A DNA stretch of 64,000 nt, from assembly GCA_963777505.1 (NCBI GenBank), contig CAVZQN010000011.1, positions 64,001-128,000 on the forward strand, given 5' to 3'. The position numbers and the translations under genes are program-made. Source of the stretch: an uncultured bacterium (GTDB lineage Bacteria > Acidobacteriota > HRBIN11 > JAKEFK01). The first letter of the stretch is position 1; the number at the start of each line of letters is the position of its first letter. Below the pieces are notes generated by a model that did not search any database, was not told the origin of the DNA, and saw only the letters and a program-made list of their open reading frames with translations. This document shows, in pieces, positions 61,340 through 64,000 of the stretch.

Positions 61340-63443
61340 TCAATCCTGATGGGGCGGGTTTTCCTTCAGCCCGCCTTCATTTAATAAAATCTCTTTCGCA
61401 GACTGCACTGCATCTTGAGTCCCAATCAAAGCCAGGATATCACCTTCACGAAGTTTCTCGCTCCCACCCGGTACAACAACGCCTACAGTTTGCCTGATGA
61501 TTGTAATTACGGTTGCTCCAGTGAGGCTATGAAGATTTAACTCCGCCAGGGTCTTTCCTACTGAACTGGATGATGAATTCAATTCGACTTGATGAATCGA
61601 TCCTAATCCCGGCAGCAGTTCCTGAAGTTGTCCAACCACATCTGTTTTCTTATCTGTGATGGTTTCTTCAGAGCGCAAGGATCTGATTCTGGATTGTTTT
61701 GCCAGAGTTTCTAAAATGATCTCTCCGCCTGCCCGCACATGACCCTGCAAATTGGAAGCTCTTTGCCAAAAAACAAGACCAGCGATAACAGCAATTCCTA
61801 AAACTAAAATTGCTGTTGCTATTGCTGGAAGAAATGGTTGTGTGGCCGAAAGAATTACAATTGTAAGAACAAATACCATTCCATACTCAAGCGTTATAGC
61901 CATCAGACTGCGTGGTGCTTCTGCCATATCAACTTTGTCGGTTTGCGCAGCAGGAAGGGCTTGCTCAGCCAAAAACAATCCTAACGCTCGAGCTGCTCTG
62001 ATCATTCCGATCAGGAAAGGGGCAGCAATCATGACATGCAAATGCAATCACAACCCATTTACTGTAAGACGGGTTAACGTTGATCAGTTTTTCAACAAGT
62101 TCGGTTAGTGGAGTCATACCAATTGAAGTTCCAATAATGACAAGAATGATAAAAAGCGTGTCGACCAATACAATGAGAATCAGCCTTCGGCGTTTCGAAG
62201 GGTTATGACTCCGCGTTCGCAGCTTTTCAATCCAGGATGCATAGAGTGTAACGAATGTCTGAATGGGTTGAGGTAGATGTTGATCAACGGAGGATGCAAT
62301 TTTGACAGACATTCGGATTAGCGCAGGCGTAATGAAAGTTGTAATCACTGATACTGCAATCGCCACCGGAAAGAGAAACTCGCGAATTGCACCGAGTGCG
62401 AGTCCGGCGCTTGCAATGATGAAAGAGAATTCACCGATTTGTGCCATGCTAAAACCAGCTTGAACCGAAGTGCGGACATCGTTTCCGGTCAGAAAAGCGC
62501 CGACGCTTACACTGAGAATTTTTCCGATCACAACTATGCCGGTTAATACAAGAATCGGAATCCAATATCGAAGTATGAGTGAAGGATCTACAAGCATTCC
62601 AATGGAAATAAAAAAGATTGCCGCGAAAAGATCTCTCACCGGTGCTAATAAATGTTCGAGTGTCTTTTCTTGCCCCGATTCTGCGACCAGTGCGCCCGCA
62701 AGAAATGATCCGAGAGCTACTGAATAGCCGACCTTTTGCGCAAGAAAAGCAAAACCCATGCAGACGCCTACTCCGAAAATAAGCAGCGTTTCTGCATCAT
62801 TTAGTTTTACGATTGAGCGTACGGAACGAGGCACCACAAAAAATCCGATCAAAACAAGCGCTGCAAGAAATGCGATGAGTTGTAAAGCTGTTCTAGGCAA
62901 AACTGTTGTAGCCGATTCGCTTGCGCCAGAAAACGCCGTGAGAATTGCGATGAGAAGCACCGCGACAAGGTCTTCAAAAATTAATACTCCAATAACAAGT
63001 TCTTTGACTCTTTGTCCGACGCCTTGTTCCGAAAAGGCCTTTGCAATAATCATCGTACTGGAGATCGCAAGCATGGCTCCTGTATAGAACGACTCACTGG
63101 CAGACCATCCGAAAGCCTGGCCAATCAAATAGCCGAGCCAAATCATCAGCGCAATTTGAATTAACGCGATAATCCCTGAAGTCGAAGCAAGGCGAAGCAT
63201 CTTTCGAAAACTAAACTCCAGGCCGATCGCAAACATGACGAAGATCACACCCAATTCTGAAAGAGCATGAATGCGGTCCATATCGGCAAAGAGTGGAATC
63301 GGAACAGATGGACCGACAATCGCACCTGCTATCAGGTAGCCAAGCACGACTGGCTGTCGCAGTTTTTTGCAGATTACAGTCGTGATCGCGGCAACTAAAA
63401 ATACAAGCGCCAGATCTTCGACGAAACCCCGAGCATGTTCCAT
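61340..63443 (-). CDS. CPA2 cation:proton antiporter (KefB/YbaL-like) with TrkA-C domain; frameshift near 62050
   Basis: QPVVLGYLIAG, ELGVIFVMFAIGLEFS, ISST, FED, QIGEFSFII, C-terminal GKTLAELNL...TGATVI. Confidence 0.9.
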
Positions 63444-63522
63444 AATGTTTTCAATTGTCTGATGCAGTTATTCTGAAAAAAATCGAGAGTCGATTGGATG
63501 ATAAGTTAAAAATCGAGAATCT

Positions 63523-64000
63523 TCACGTGATTATTTTATGAATGAAATTCACCATTGCATCATATGTAAGACTTTGTTGTTCTCTATGGGGCGTATGCTT
63601 ACAATCTTCAAGAACTAACGTTTCAACATTTCCTGAACATTGAGCTGCAATCGCTTCAACCTGCCGCAACGTTCCGAAGTTATCTTGCTTTCCTTGTATA
63701 ACAAGGACAGGGCAGTTCACGTTCGGTAAATATTCTTCAATGTTCCAGGATCGAAAAGCAGGATCGAGCCAAACTCTATTCCAACCCCAAAATGCATTGT
63801 CCACATTCTTGCCATGATAACGTTCAAGACGTGATCTGAGTGTGCCGTTCCGGTATTCTTCACCAGACTCGAAAATACTCTGTACTGTAATGTCTTCAAC
63901 AAATACATGAGGCGCTTCCAGGATCAACGCTGGAACTTTGTTTTGGTGATTCGTCGCTGTATAGATAAGCGAAATTGAACCTCCATCACTATGGCCAATT
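63523..64000 (-). CDS. Alpha/beta hydrolase, 5'-partial
   Basis: GHSDGGSI at the window edge, LEAPHVFVE, IQG..D..GT, H.PH. Confidence 0.88.
   Translation of the reverse strand, partial: IGHSDGGSISLIYTATNHQNKVPALILEAPHVFVEDITVQSIFESGEEYRNGTLRSRLERYHGKNVDNAFWGWNRVWLDPAFRSWNIEEYLPNVNCPVLVIQGKQDNFGTLRQVEAIAAQCSGNVETLVLEDCKHTPHREQQSLTYDAMVNFIHKIIT

Overview
A 64-kb bacterial chromosomal window of roughly 40-45% GC (estimated by eye). Gene content and REP-type repeats suggest an Acidobacteriota-like organism; this is inference only. Most of the window is housekeeping, envelope and signalling genes: ETF-QO (partial), galT, cysS, four GT4 glycosyltransferases with a UbiA-family enzyme, a B12 radical SAM enzyme, two Hanks kinases, several two-component systems, glutamate dehydrogenase, queG, a ClC channel, galE, pepA, an IDH-family enzyme, an orphan nuoF and three tRNAs. 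The standout is a compact minus-strand operon at about 45.3-49.2 kb with the core parts of a eukaryote-like ubiquitin-conjugation cascade: macrodomain - Zn-ribbon/L7-L12-like protein - E1 - Ubl (ending AG|KLNR) - HPN-type E2 - Rpn11-like JAB peptidase. It converges on an AbrB/VapC toxin-antitoxin pair. Other points of interest: two near-identical sigma-54 promoters with TGT-N11-ACA sites, a G-rich structured non-coding trailer, a Gly-Cys-Leu tRNA cluster split by a 4.3-kb block, and several dispersed palindromic repeat families. Many genes carry single-base frameshifts, most likely long-read consensus errors, so split ORFs should not be taken as pseudogenes without read-level checks. All calls are from motif reading by eye; no database searches were run.
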